DNA of 64,000 nt, taken from NCBI GenBank assembly GCA_041690395.1, contig JAWLHJ010000005.1:416001-480000 (forward strand). The letters are read 5' to 3'. The notes under the pieces are model-generated. The model saw only the letters and a program-made list of their open reading frames with translations, made no database searches and was not told the origin of the DNA. Source of the stretch: Longimicrobiales bacterium. Lineage in GTDB: Bacteria; Gemmatimonadota; Gemmatimonadetes; Longimicrobiales; Gaopeijiaceae. The position numbers were made by a program, and so were the translations under genes. Of this stretch, positions 9,209 to 19,544 are shown piece after piece (within the stretch, counting starts at the first letter, position 1; every line of letters begins with the position of its first letter).

Positions 9209-10243
9209 ATGATCACACTCACCGCCGCCGCCCTCGCGGCATCGCTCCTGGCCGCGCAGGACGCGGAGACGTTCCGGGTCGAGACGCTCCATCCGGGCGT
9301 GCACGCGGCCCTCGTGGTTCCGAACCCTCCCGACTACGCGTTCGCGAACTCGTTGGTCATCGCAGGTGACAGCGCCGTGATGATCGTCGACACCCAGCAG
9401 TCGCCCGGCGCGGCGGAGGCTCTCCTCCGGATGCTGCCGTCGCTGACCGACCGACCCGTCCGCTGGATCGTGAACACGCACTGGCACGCCGACCACGTAT
9501 TCGGCAACCAGGCGTGGCGCGACGCCTTCCCGGACGCGCGCATCGTCGGGCATCGTTCGCTCCTGGACGACGTGCCGGAGCGCACGCGCGCGTACAGGGA
9601 CGAGCTGCTCGAAGCGCTGCCCCGGGAGATCGAGGAGCGCGAGGGATGGCTGGCGAATGGGGAGGCGGCCGGACGCCCGCTGACCGACGACGACCGGTCC
9701 GCGGTCGAGCGAGGGCTCGCGCTGAGGCGGCGCTATCTCGCGCAACTCGCGGAACTCCGCGTGCTTCCCCCCGACATGGTCGTCGACGATTCGCTCACGC
9801 TCGACCTGGGGGGGCTCGCGGTGCGCATGGAGCACGTCGGACCGTCCCACACCAGAGGCGACATGATCGTGCATGTCCCGGACGCCGGTGTGACGGCGGT
9901 CGGCGATCTCCTGGAGTGGGGGACGCCGTGGCTCGACGGTGCGTGCGTGCCGGGATGGGTGGACGCCCTCGTGCGCGTGCGACGGCTGGTAATGGGCCGC
10001 GGGGACGGGGCCAGGCTGCTCCCGAGCCATGGGCCGGTGGTCGGGCCGGACTTCCTCGCCCTGTACGAGGAGCTCCTGGCCGCGGTCGCGGACGGAGCCG
10101 ACCTGGAGCCGTTCCGGTCGCGGCTGGATGCCGCTGGTGTGGACGTGTCGGGCTTCGACGGGTTCGTGCGGGCGGCGCGCGCTGCGCGGGAGGGCACGTC
10201 GGGCGGTAGCCTGGGCACCCGGGACGTCTGCGGGGAGCCGTAG
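9209..10243 (+). CDS. Secreted metallo-beta-lactamase-fold hydrolase
   Basis: NTHWHADHVFGN, SHTRGD, GDL and PSHG metal-binding motifs; signal peptide. Confidence 0.88.
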   Translation: MITLTAAALAASLLAAQDAETFRVETLHPGVHAALVVPNPPDYAFANSLVIAGDSAVMIVDTQQSPGAAEALLRMLPSLTDRPVRWIVNTHWHADHVFGNQAWRDAFPDARIVGHRSLLDDVPERTRAYRDELLEALPREIEEREGWLANGEAAGRPLTDDDRSAVERGLALRRRYLAQLAELRVLPPDMVVDDSLTLDLGGLAVRMEHVGPSHTRGDMIVHVPDAGVTAVGDLLEWGTPWLDGACVPGWVDALVRVRRLVMGRGDGARLLPSHGPVVGPDFLALYEELLAAVADGADLEPFRSRLDAAGVDVSGFDGFVRAARAAREGTSGGSLGTRDVCGEP

Positions 10244-10277
10244 GGGAGCGGGCGGGGCGATCCCCTGGAACCGTCCC

Positions 10278-11450
10278 TCAGGCAGGTGGCGCAGAGTCGC
10301 CGTTCCGAAACGGAAGGGTGATCTCGGCCCGGGTCGCCGGCCCCGTCGGGTCGATCCCCAACACGACGGACGCTTCGTCACCGTACAACGTCTCCAGCCG
10401 AGCGCGGACGTTCGAGAGGCCGGTGCCCTCGGCCGGAGGAGCGCTCGGCGGCCAGCCGGGCCCATCGTCCTCCACGGCGACGCGGAGGGTCCGGTCGTCG
10501 CACCCTACACGGACCCGGATGCCGACGGGGCCGCGCGCCTTCGCGGCGCCGTGCCGGACGGCGTTCTCGACGAGCGGCTGCAGGATCATCGGTGGGACGC
10601 GGGCGGCCAGGACATCGTCGTGGGGCGCGTCGATCTCGACACCGAGCCGCGGGCCGAAGCGGACGCGCTCCATGTCGAGGTAGAGGGCGACGAGCGAGAG
10701 CTCCTCCTCCAGGGTGATCTCTCGCTGGTCACCGCGTCGGAGCGTCGTGCGGAGGAGCTCGCCGAGCCTCGCGATGACGGTCGTCGCCTCGGAGCTCCGC
10801 CCTTCCTCGACCAATCCTGACACGGCGTTCAGGGCGTTGAACAGGAAGTGCGGGTTGAGCTCCATCTGAAGCGCCCGGAGCTTGGCGCCGACGGCTTCGG
10901 CTTCGAGGCGCATGGCGAGTGCCCGGGCTTCGGACTCGCGCAGGGCTCCTTCTACCCACCGCCGGTGGTAGAGCAGTGCGTAGTACGCGCCCAGCACCAT
11001 CCAGTACACGAAGAAGTCGAGCACCACGTACCCCTGGACCCAGAACTGGACCTGGGCGCCGAGGTCCCTGCCGCCGCCCCGCGCGACGGTGAAGAACACG
11101 AGGACCCCGACGAGGGTCAGGTGCACGACCGAGAGGGCCGCGGCGGTGAGCGCGTGCGCGGCGATGGCTCGAATCCGCCCCGGCCGGTCGATCGGCCAGC
11201 GCTCCGCCAGTGTCACGACGAGAAGCGTGCCGGCGACCCAGAAGAACCACCACGGGAAGTTCACGAGGATGGCCTCGCCGACGGTCCGCTCGATGCCCTG
11301 GAGGCGGGCGGTCGTCACCTCTTTCGCGGTCTCCATGGCCCCCATCACGATCCAGAATGCGAGGAGGAGGAAGCGCACGCGGAGTGAGGCGAGCGCCTCG
11401 GGAGGCGGCACGAGGGGGCGAAGCAGCGGGTGGGTGCGGTCGGAGGCCAT
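10278..11450 (-). CDS. LytS/YehU-type sensor histidine kinase
   Basis: LNPHFLFNALN H-box, LQPLVENAVRHG, VEDDGPG, GTGLSNVRARL; N-terminal TM helices. Confidence 0.93.
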   Translation of the reverse strand: MASDRTHPLLRPLVPPPEALASLRVRFLLLAFWIVMGAMETAKEVTTARLQGIERTVGEAILVNFPWWFFWVAGTLLVVTLAERWPIDRPGRIRAIAAHALTAAALSVVHLTLVGVLVFFTVARGGGRDLGAQVQFWVQGYVVLDFFVYWMVLGAYYALLYHRRWVEGALRESEARALAMRLEAEAVGAKLRALQMELNPHFLFNALNAVSGLVEEGRSSEATTVIARLGELLRTTLRRGDQREITLEEELSLVALYLDMERVRFGPRLGVEIDAPHDDVLAARVPPMILQPLVENAVRHGAAKARGPVGIRVRVGCDDRTLRVAVEDDGPGWPPSAPPAEGTGLSNVRARLETLYGDEASVVLGIDPTGPATRAEITLPFRNGDSAPPA

Positions 11451-11626
11451 GAAGCGTCTTAACCGGACCGCGATGCGTGGGTCAAGCGTGGTCGGGAACG
11501 AGGGCGCACGTCCCTCCGTGGTGCGTCCGGACCCCGGCCAATTGGGACTCGCACCACCGCCGCCGCGAGACGACCGGCGGCGAGGTAGCGTTCAAGCTCC
11601 TCGCAGCCCCGACCGGAGGGTCGATC

Positions 11627-12388
11627 ATGCGATCGCGGACGAAGACGGTGTTCCCGGCTCGACGACGAGCCTTGCTGCTTGCGGTGCTCGCCCTCCTCGG
11701 GTGCGGGCGCGGCTCGCTCGAGCCCGACCCGGGTTTGGATCCGAGCGCCCGTGACGGCGCCGTGGGGATCCTTTTCGTCGGCAACTCGCTGACCTACACG
11801 CACGACGTGCCGGGCCTGGTGCACCGGCTCGCCGAGAAAGACGGGCGATCCGTCGCCACGGCCTCGATCGCCTTCCCGAACTACAGCCTCGAAGACCACT
11901 GGCGGACCGGTCTCGCGGACCGCATCCGGCAGCTCGAGCCCGACGTCGTGGTCATGCAGCAGGGGCCCTCGTCGCTCGACGAGAGCCGGGAGCACCTCGT
12001 GCTGTGGGCGGGGCGCATCGCCGAAGTGGCGAGGGAGGTGGGCGCCGAGCCGGCCATGTACATGGTGTGGCCGGACGTCTCGCGGCGGTTCGCCTTCGGA
12101 GCGGTCGAGGCATCCTACGCGGCGGCCGCGACCGCCATCGAAGGGCGCCTGCTCCCGGCCGGGACGACATGGCTGGAGGTCTGGTCGAGGGACGAGGCGC
12201 TTCCGCTCTACGGGGGTGACGGATTCCACCCCGGCTATCTGGGCGCGCTCGCGGCGGCGCACACCATCTATGCGGGTCTCTTCGACGTCGACCCCTCGGG
12301 CCTCCCCGGCCTCGACGACGCGGTGGACGAAGGGACGCTCGAGCTCCTCCGGAGCGCGGTGTCGGCTAGCCTCGACCGATGGCGGTGA
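11627..12388 (+). CDS. SGNH/GDSL-like hydrolase lipoprotein
   Basis: Lipobox LALLGC, LFVGNSLT block I and DGFHP block V. Confidence 0.8.
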   Translation: MRSRTKTVFPARRRALLLAVLALLGCGRGSLEPDPGLDPSARDGAVGILFVGNSLTYTHDVPGLVHRLAEKDGRSVATASIAFPNYSLEDHWRTGLADRIRQLEPDVVVMQQGPSSLDESREHLVLWAGRIAEVAREVGAEPAMYMVWPDVSRRFAFGAVEASYAAAATAIEGRLLPAGTTWLEVWSRDEALPLYGGDGFHPGYLGALAAAHTIYAGLFDVDPSGLPGLDDAVDEGTLELLRSAVSASLDRWR

Positions 12389-12403
12389 CCGAGCCTCGGG
12401 CTG

Positions 12404-13165
12404 CTAAGAGGTCAGCTTGAGGACGTCGTCCCGGTAGGTCCGGCTGATCTTGAGCTGCTTACCGTCGTCCATGATCGCGATGTACGCCCCCGAGAACCAC
12501 GGCTGGATCTCGCGCACGCGGTCGAGGTTCAGCACCGTCCCGCGGTGCACGCGCGCGAAGATCGAGGGGTCGAGGCGCCCGTGTAGCTCCGCGAGGCCGA
12601 CGCGGACCCTGTGGGTGTCGCCGTCCGTGTGGATGACCACGTAGTTCCCGTCCGACTCCAGGTAGCGGATCGCGTCGACCGGCACGAAGCGGGTACGGCT
12701 CCCTTCGGTGACGCGGATACGGCGCGCCCAGCTGGTCCGTGGGCCGAGCTCGTCGAGCAGCGCGTCCAGGTCCGGCGCGGGCATCGGGTTCCGCGAGCGC
12801 AGCCGCTCCCGAACGGCCCCGAGCGCGTCGTCGAACCGGGCGTCGTCGAAGGGCTTCACGAGGTAGTCCGCCGCATGGACCTCGAACGCCTCGAGCGCGT
12901 GCTCGTCGTATGCCGTCACGAAGACGATCGCGGGTCTGAAGCCGGAAGGGAGCGCGGCGACGACGTCGAACCCGTCGCGCCCGGGCATGCGGATGTCCAG
13001 GAAGACGACGTCGGGGGACAGCTCGCGAATACGCGCCACGGCCTCGTCCCCGTCCGCCGCTTCCGCGACGAGCTCCACGTCGGGGTGTCGCTCGAGTGCC
13101 TTACGGATGCGGGTCAGGCCGAGGGGCTCGTCGTCGACCGCGATCGCGCGCATGGTTCTCGTCAT
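12404..13165 (-). CDS. LytTR-family DNA-binding response regulator
   Basis: VDDEP, FLDIRMP, FVTAYDEHALEAFE..A.DYLVKP, LytTR motif FARVHRGTVLN. Confidence 0.95.
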   Translation of the reverse strand: MTRTMRAIAVDDEPLGLTRIRKALERHPDVELVAEAADGDEAVARIRELSPDVVFLDIRMPGRDGFDVVAALPSGFRPAIVFVTAYDEHALEAFEVHAADYLVKPFDDARFDDALGAVRERLRSRNPMPAPDLDALLDELGPRTSWARRIRVTEGSRTRFVPVDAIRYLESDGNYVVIHTDGDTHRVRVGLAELHGRLDPSIFARVHRGTVLNLDRVREIQPWFSGAYIAIMDDGKQLKISRTYRDDVLKLTS

Positions 13166-13378
13166 CGGTGTACCGCCGCCGAGGGTTCGCGTAGATCACG
13201 AAAGAGAAAGGAAGGCGATCGTGGTCGAAAGAGGAACGGATGTGGCGCGGGCCGCGCTCCGGAGGGACGAGCCGCGATCGGACGGGATGGGCCTCGCCAC
13301 GTCTTGCCGGCCGGAGGGCGCCTCGCCACGCTTCAGGACCGCCGCGACGGCGGATCCATTCCACGGGAGGGAGGGACG

Positions 13379-13840
13379 ATGGGCGGCGAAAGGGGATCGG
13401 GTCGGCGCAGCCGATGGCTGGGTGGGGCGGGGGTGTGCGTTCTGTGGATGGTCGTCCCGGTGACGGTGGCCGCGCAGGCCGATTCCGGCGTGCTGGCGTC
13501 GACCGTGGAGGCGCGGGAGATCGCGTTCGCGCGTACCATGGCCGACCGTGACCTCGAGGCGTTCCGTTCGTTCGTGTCCGAGGAGGCCGTCTTCTTCAAC
13601 GGGAACACGCCGATCCGCGGGCGCGACGCCGTCGTGGAGGCATGGGCCCCGTTCTTCGAGGGTCCGGAGGCGCCGTTCAGCTGGCACCCCGACGTGGTGC
13701 AGGTGCTCGAGTCCGGGACGCTGGCGTTGAGCTCGGGTGTGGTCCACACGCCGGGCGGGGAGCCAGCGGGCCGCTTCAACTCGGTGTGGAGACTCGAGGC
13801 CGACGGGGTCTGGCGCGTGGTGTTCGACAAGGGATCCTGA
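13379..13840 (+). CDS. Secreted NTF2-like / DUF4440 protein
   Basis: EIAFARTMADRD...IRGRDAVVEAW...FNSVWR..DG.WRVVFDKG; signal peptide. Confidence 0.8.
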   Translation: MGGERGSGRRSRWLGGAGVCVLWMVVPVTVAAQADSGVLASTVEAREIAFARTMADRDLEAFRSFVSEEAVFFNGNTPIRGRDAVVEAWAPFFEGPEAPFSWHPDVVQVLESGTLALSSGVVHTPGGEPAGRFNSVWRLEADGVWRVVFDKGS

Positions 13841-13885
13841 CGACGCGGGACGCGCCCGAAACACGCGTTCGTGCGCGGTGCTTCT

Positions 13886-15097
13886 CTACCGCGTGAAGCC
13901 GGCCCTCGGCAGCCCCGGCATCAGCCTGAGCGCGTTCTCGTAGTAGAGCTTCCGGAGCACTTCGTCCGGTAGGTCCATACCGTACATCTTCCAGAACGCA
14001 TGGTAGTCGCGGTAGTAGTCGAAGTACTCGTCCGTGGTCTCGAACACGCGCCAGAAGTAGGGATACTCGGGCGGCTGGAAGCTGTCCTTGCCGAACAGGA
14101 TCCGGTCCTGGTACTCGATGAAGAACTCGCGCGCGGCGCGAGGCTGCCGGCCGAACTCGTAGAGAACGGCGCCGACCTCGTAGTGCACGTTCGGGAACTC
14201 GTCGAGGAGCTGGCCCGCCCGCTCGAGGTCGTTGCCGTGCCACCCGAAGTGCGCCGCGATGAATGTGGTGTTCGGGTGCTTGCGGAAGACGTTGTCCCGC
14301 TCGGTCATGAGCTGCTCGAAGCCGATCTTGTCGTCCCCGTAGTTCCGGCGGTCGGGGAAGAGCGCGAGCTCCAGCCACCGCTCGTTCTCCATGGTCGGCG
14401 GCTCGAAGAACGCGGGCGGCTCGGCGGTGTGGATCAGTACCGGGATGCCCAGCCGGCCGGCCGCCTCCCACACGGGATCGAGCTCCGGGTCGTCGATGGC
14501 GAGGCGTGAGCCGTCGGACTTGCGGGTGGTCATGCCAAAGCTCTTCGAGATTTCCCCGATGCCGACGGCGCCCATGGCGATATCCTCCTCGAGCCGGCGC
14601 ACGGCCCTCTCGGCCCATCCCGGCGTACCGACCCCGTCGAAGTCGATGCCCGTCATGACGCGGAAGCGGTCCTCATGCCCGCTCGCGCGGATGTTCGCCA
14701 TCGCCTGCCGGAGCCGGTCGCCCGACACGTTGTCCGAGGCGATGTACACCTGGATGTTGAGGTCGTCGAGGTGCCCGATCATGTCCGCGATCGTGCCCTC
14801 CCCCGTCAGCCCGCGTGCGTGCCCGTGGACGTCCACGACCGGGAACTTCGCCCGCGGGGTGGGCGTCTCCTCGTTCACGAGCATCGACTTCGGGTCGTAG
14901 TCCGTGATGGCCGGCGGCGGGAACTCCGGAGCCATGCAGGTCTGCGGCCGGATCTCGGTCATGCCGCTCGGGCACCGCTCGCCCGGCTCGATCTGAACCG
15001 TCTCCCGGAACTGCGCGGACGACGGGGTGCACGCGACCGCGAAAGCGAGCGTGAGGCCAAGGATTCCTAGGGGGATCGGCAGACGGAATTCACCCAT
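13886..15097 (-). CDS. Amidohydrolase_2-family metallohydrolase, predicted lipoprotein
   Basis: VDVHGH, LIHTAEP, AAHFG, DRILFGKD, YYENA; lipobox FAVAC. Confidence 0.88.
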   Translation of the reverse strand: MGEFRLPIPLGILGLTLAFAVACTPSSAQFRETVQIEPGERCPSGMTEIRPQTCMAPEFPPPAITDYDPKSMLVNEETPTPRAKFPVVDVHGHARGLTGEGTIADMIGHLDDLNIQVYIASDNVSGDRLRQAMANIRASGHEDRFRVMTGIDFDGVGTPGWAERAVRRLEEDIAMGAVGIGEISKSFGMTTRKSDGSRLAIDDPELDPVWEAAGRLGIPVLIHTAEPPAFFEPPTMENERWLELALFPDRRNYGDDKIGFEQLMTERDNVFRKHPNTTFIAAHFGWHGNDLERAGQLLDEFPNVHYEVGAVLYEFGRQPRAAREFFIEYQDRILFGKDSFQPPEYPYFWRVFETTDEYFDYYRDYHAFWKMYGMDLPDEVLRKLYYENALRLMPGLPRAGFTR

Positions 15098-15328
15098 GTG
15101 AGCGTCTCTCGGGTTCGTGGCACGACGGTTTCGGCTTGATCGGACCGCCTCCTACCCCCGCACCGGCGGTCGCGATCCCGTTCCGGTGAGCCTTGGGGGA
15201 CGCGTTTCCGGTGGATATCTTGAGGAGCGTGCGCGCACCCGGCGCGCACCGTCCCCGGACGTGAGGAAGATCATGCGGAGCCACCGGACTGGAATCAGCA
15301 GCCTGTCCATCCAGCTCGGGAGCATCGC

Positions 15329-16975
15329 ATGCCACATCCTACTTCCCCGTTCGTATCGGCCGACCGCCTCGGCCTGACCCTTTCCGACGGCCGTCGGCTC
15401 TTCGACGGTCTGACTCTCGCGTTCGCGGACGAGCGCACCGGCCTCGTCGGCGCTAACGGCGTCGGTAAGTCGCTCCTGCTCGACCTCCTGGTGGGCGCGC
15501 GCCCTCCGACGGCCGGGAGCGTGACCCGGAGCGGCCGCGTGGCGTACGTTCGCCAGGGTGGGGGTGGCGGGCGCGGGGTCGAGCTCGGGCTCGCGGATGC
15601 GGGTACGGTGGCCGATCGACTCGGTGTCCGAGAGCGACTCGATGCCCTCGAGCGCGTGCTGGCGGGCGGTACCGACCCGGCCGACTACGAACGGATCGGC
15701 GTCGACGGTTGGGACCTTCCCGAGCGGACCCGGGCGCAGCTCGCGCGCCTCGGGCTCGGCCGCCTCGGGCTCGATCGACCGGTCGGGACTCTCAGTGGTG
15801 GGGAGCGCACCAGGGTCGCGCTGGCCGGCGCGCTCCTCGCGACGCCGGACCTCCTGGTGCTCGACGAGCCCACCAACGACCTCGACGCGCAGAGCCGCGC
15901 CGCCCTCCTGGAGGCGATCGAGACGCACCGGGGCGGCCTCCTGGTCGTCTCCCACGACCGCGACGTCCTCCGGCGCGTGGACCGGATGCTCGAGCTGTCG
16001 CCGGCCGGCATCCGCGAGTACGGCGGGAATTACGACGAGTACCGGCGCATCCGCGATGCCGAAGCCAGAGCCGCCGAGCTCGAGCTCGGTGCCGCCGAGG
16101 CGGCCAGGCGGCGCGCCACCGAGGAAGCGCGGACGGTGCGTGAGCGGCAGGCTCGGAGGGCGGCCCGCGGAAAGCGGGCGCGCGCGGACGGGGGCGTCCC
16201 GAAGGTTCTGCTGAACAGCATGCGGAACCGGAGCCAGAACAGCACGGGCCGCATCGGGAAGGTGATGGACGAGTCCGAGCAGGATGCCGCCGAGCGGGTA
16301 GCCGCGGCGCGGGCACGCATGGAGGAGGTCACGCCGCTGCGCATGGACGTGACCCCGAGCGGCCTGCCGAGCGGGAAGGACGTCGTGGTGCTGGAGGACG
16401 TGGCGTATACGCCCCCCGGCGGAAGAGATCGCTTGCTGGGCGGTGTCGATCTCGTGATCCGAGGGGCGGAGCGGGTCGCGCTCACGGGGCCGAACGGGAG
16501 TGGAAAGACGACCCTGCTCCGGATCGTCATGGGCGAACTCGAGTCGGACGCCGGGGTGGTCCGGATCGGTGTCCCGCGCGCGTCGGTCGCCTGGCTCGAC
16601 CAGTCGGTGCGGACGCTCGAGCCGGGGCGGACGGTGCTGGAGTGCTTCCGAGCCGCGCATCCCGAATGGGACGAGGGACACGCCCGTCACGTGCTCGCGC
16701 GCTATCTATTTCCCGGTGAGGCGGCGCTCGTTCCGGTCGATCGGCTGAGCGGCGGCGAGCGGATGCGCGCCGGCCTCGCCAGCGTCCTCGGCGGTCCGAG
16801 CACCCCCTGGCTCCTCGTGCTCGACGAGCCCACGAACCACCTGGACATCCGCAGCCTGGAAACGGTCGAGCGTGCGGTGTCCGAGTACGACGGGGCACTC
16901 CTGGTGGTGTCCCACGACGCGGACTTCCTCGAAGCCGTGGGGGTGGAGCGGCGGGTCAGCCTCCGATTTGCCTGA
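15329..16975 (+). CDS. ABC-F family ATP-binding protein
   Basis: Two NBDs (GANGVGKS/LSGGE/LDEPTNDLD and GPNGSGKT/LSGGE/LDEPTNHLD), helical linker, no TM segments. Confidence 0.93.
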   Translation: MPHPTSPFVSADRLGLTLSDGRRLFDGLTLAFADERTGLVGANGVGKSLLLDLLVGARPPTAGSVTRSGRVAYVRQGGGGGRGVELGLADAGTVADRLGVRERLDALERVLAGGTDPADYERIGVDGWDLPERTRAQLARLGLGRLGLDRPVGTLSGGERTRVALAGALLATPDLLVLDEPTNDLDAQSRAALLEAIETHRGGLLVVSHDRDVLRRVDRMLELSPAGIREYGGNYDEYRRIRDAEARAAELELGAAEAARRRATEEARTVRERQARRAARGKRARADGGVPKVLLNSMRNRSQNSTGRIGKVMDESEQDAAERVAAARARMEEVTPLRMDVTPSGLPSGKDVVVLEDVAYTPPGGRDRLLGGVDLVIRGAERVALTGPNGSGKTTLLRIVMGELESDAGVVRIGVPRASVAWLDQSVRTLEPGRTVLECFRAAHPEWDEGHARHVLARYLFPGEAALVPVDRLSGGERMRAGLASVLGGPSTPWLLVLDEPTNHLDIRSLETVERAVSEYDGALLVVSHDADFLEAVGVERRVSLRFA

Positions 16976-19031
16976 GGAGGCCCAGGACATCCTCGTTGCC
17001 CGGGTCGATCCCGAGCGCGCGCTCCAGGGCGGCCCGCGCGGCAGGCGTGTCTCCGCGGCGGAGGTGGAGGAGCGCCAGGCTACCGTAGCCGGCCACCGAC
17101 TCCTCGTCCGCTGCGATGGCGGCCCGGAAGCGGAGCTCCGCTTCGTCGAGCCGTCCCTCCTCCATGCGGATCGAGCCCAGCAGGACGTGTGCGTCCACGA
17201 GATCCGGATCGCCCCGCACGGCCTGCTCCAGCGCCCGTGCCGCCCCCGCCGCGTCTCCTTCCGACACGAGGAGCACGGCGATGTTGTACCAGGAGCGGGG
17301 TGCGTGGACGGGGTCCAGAGAAACGACGCGCTCGAGCTGAGCGAGCGCCTCGGCGGCGCGTCCGGCCGAGAACAGCGCGTCGCCCAGCTTCACCTGCGCC
17401 TCGATGAGGTACGGCTGAATCTCGATGGCGCGTCGTAGCGGCGGGATGGCGTCGGCGCGTCCTTGCTCCTCACGTAGGGAGCCGAGCCAGAAGTGGGCCC
17501 AGGGGTCGTCCGGGTACGCCTCGGTGGCGTCCAGGAAGACCTGCTCGGCCTCGGCCGTCGACCCGATGTCGGCGAGCGCTCGGCCGAGCGCGATGCGGGC
17601 CTCGACATGGTCCGCTCCCTCGGCGAGGCCACGGCGAGCGAAGTCGACCACGGTGCGCACGTACGTGGGCACCCGGTGCATCGTCTCGTAGAACGCCATG
17701 TATGCCGCTGCGGTCTCGAGGGCGTCGAGAGGCGTCGAGGTGCTCCGCGCGGCCATGATGTGCGCGCTGCGTCCCGCCTCCTGCAGGGCGACCAGCCGGA
17801 TCGGGTCCGGAGACTCGAACGCGGGGCGCCCCTCCGAGGGATCCAGCGGAGGACCGGGGTCGCGTCGGATCCAGTGGTCGGTGAAGCGAACGTGGGGGAC
17901 GTCGCTCGTGCCGCCGCGGCTCATGTGGCAGTCGACGCAGTCGCCGGTGGTGTCCGCCCCGACGCCCGGGTGATCCGGCGCATCGTGGCACGAGGCGCAC
18001 GCCTGGTCGTACTGCTCCGATGTCACGGCCCGCCCCGCCGTGTGCGGCGCGTGGCATGTCGTGCACGTCATCTCGGATGCCTGGTAGCAGGCGCTCCGCG
18101 CCAACCGCAACGGGTGGGAGTCGATCCCGACCCAGTCCGGGTCGGTGAGCTGCTGTTCCGGCACGAAGACCGTTCGGTGCTCCCAGAGCGATTGGCCCGA
18201 CCGGAACGTGGTCGGGTCCTCCCCCTCCTTGAAGACGGTCACTCCGGCCAGGTGGCACTGCTGGCAGTTGGAGAGCTGGGCGCTCCGGTCGAGGCGGCCC
18301 GGGTGGACGATGGTCGGGTCGGGCTCGCCCGTCGCCGGTCCTTCGCCGGCCTCGCGCAGGGCGACGTGGTCGCCGCCGGGTCCGTGGCAGCGTTCACAGC
18401 CGATGCCGGTGGGCAGCTCGGGATAGTGATTCTGAGCGTACCGACTGTGTTCCGGGAAGTCGGTGTGACAGGTCGCACACTCGAGGTTGATCTTCCGGCT
18501 GAAGCGGTCGTTCGCCTCCTCGTAGCCGGGGCTCATGTCCCACCGGCCCCGCTCCGCGTACCAGGTGAGCGGCATCTCCGTGACGTAGCCGTCCACCCGC
18601 ATGAGGTACGAGCGGGTGGCCGCGCCCGACCCGATGACGTAGGCGGCGGGGTAGGTGACGTCGTGCACCACCGCTCCGCCGCCGGCGATCCTGAACTCGC
18701 GCTGGAACAGCGTGTCACCGCGGGCGAACGCCTCGTAGCTGAGGTCCGTGGCGGCGTTGTACACGACCGCGCCGGGAAGCCGCTCGGGGGCGCTGGCCGC
18801 CTCGAAACGGCTGATCGAGCCGCTCTTGGCCGTCGCCGCGTAGTCGGTCGCGATGTCCTGGTGGCAGGCCACGCACGTCTCGCTTCCGACGAAGGCGGCC
18901 GCCGCGGAAGGCACCAAAGAGGCGGTGGGCCCGGACGAGGCGTCGGGCGCGCTCCCGGCCTGGGAGTCGCGCCCGCACCCCGTGGCGGCGAGCGTGACGA
19001 GAAGAATCGAGAGGAAGTGCCGCTGGTTCAC
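16956..19031 (-). CDS. Multiheme cytochrome c lipoprotein with C-terminal TPR repeats
   Basis: Seven CXXCH motifs (CVACH, CATCH, CERCH, CQQCH, CTTCH, CASCH, CVDCH), FTDHWI, TPR-like tail, lipobox AATGC. Confidence 0.88.
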   Translation of the reverse strand: MNQRHFLSILLVTLAATGCGRDSQAGSAPDASSGPTASLVPSAAAAFVGSETCVACHQDIATDYAATAKSGSISRFEAASAPERLPGAVVYNAATDLSYEAFARGDTLFQREFRIAGGGAVVHDVTYPAAYVIGSGAATRSYLMRVDGYVTEMPLTWYAERGRWDMSPGYEEANDRFSRKINLECATCHTDFPEHSRYAQNHYPELPTGIGCERCHGPGGDHVALREAGEGPATGEPDPTIVHPGRLDRSAQLSNCQQCHLAGVTVFKEGEDPTTFRSGQSLWEHRTVFVPEQQLTDPDWVGIDSHPLRLARSACYQASEMTCTTCHAPHTAGRAVTSEQYDQACASCHDAPDHPGVGADTTGDCVDCHMSRGGTSDVPHVRFTDHWIRRDPGPPLDPSEGRPAFESPDPIRLVALQEAGRSAHIMAARSTSTPLDALETAAAYMAFYETMHRVPTYVRTVVDFARRGLAEGADHVEARIALGRALADIGSTAEAEQVFLDATEAYPDDPWAHFWLGSLREEQGRADAIPPLRRAIEIQPYLIEAQVKLGDALFSAGRAAEALAQLERVVSLDPVHAPRSWYNIAVLLVSEGDAAGAARALEQAVRGDPDLVDAHVLLGSIRMEEGRLDEAELRFRAAIAADEESVAGYGSLALLHLRRGDTPAARAALERALGIDPGNEDVLGLLRQIGG

Positions 19032-19053
19032 GCTCGCGCGGAGTTCGTGGTGT

Positions 19054-19524
19054 CTACCGACCCGGGATCACGATCAAGGGTGGGTCGGTCGGATCGTCTC
19101 CGCCACCCTGGCCTCCCAGGTTGATCGACTTGAAGAACACGACGATCGCCGTCGTCAGCGCCGCGGCGACGACGCCCGTGCGAACCCGGGAGAACTCCCG
19201 GCGATCGACCTCCAGCACCTCCGATCGGTGGAACTGGAGCGTGTCCTGCCGCCCTTCGAACATCGTGCCTGCGTAGAAGGCGCCCCATCCCACGCTCAAG
19301 CGGAGGGAGTCGGGCGTGACCCTCACCAGCGGGCCCTCGACGCTCCGGACGGTACTCCCCATCCGATCCGAGAGCCGTTGTGACGGCTCCGCGGCCAGCC
19401 TCAAGCGGACGGGATCTCCGGGTGCGAGATCGTTCCCCAGCACCGCCTGGTAGGAGTAGCAGCCACCGAGCGACGCCAGGAGAAGAAGCGCCAGCCCGGT
19501 CCGACGGACCGGGCTGGCGACCAT
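19054..19524 (-). CDS. Hypothetical lipoprotein
   Basis: Lipobox SLGGC, C-terminal hydrophobic helix; lies in-line between SusD and the cytochrome gene. Confidence 0.7.
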   Translation of the reverse strand: MVASPVRRTGLALLLLASLGGCYSYQAVLGNDLAPGDPVRLRLAAEPSQRLSDRMGSTVRSVEGPLVRVTPDSLRLSVGWGAFYAGTMFEGRQDTLQFHRSEVLEVDRREFSRVRTGVVAAALTTAIVVFFKSINLGGQGGGDDPTDPPLIVIPGR

Positions 19525-19544
19525 GGAAAGTGAAAGGGAGCGTC

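Noticed and set aside
9209..10243. MBL-fold gene, penicillin acylase and BlaI/BlaR as a beta-lactam resistance cluster
   Set aside because: The genes are far apart, the folds have broad substrate ranges, and the BlaR-like protein lacks a penicillin-binding domain.
16956..16975. Short convergent 3' overlaps (also 2743-2746, 37170-37180, 41315-41339)
   Set aside because: Common in compact high-GC genomes; no evidence of a specific function.
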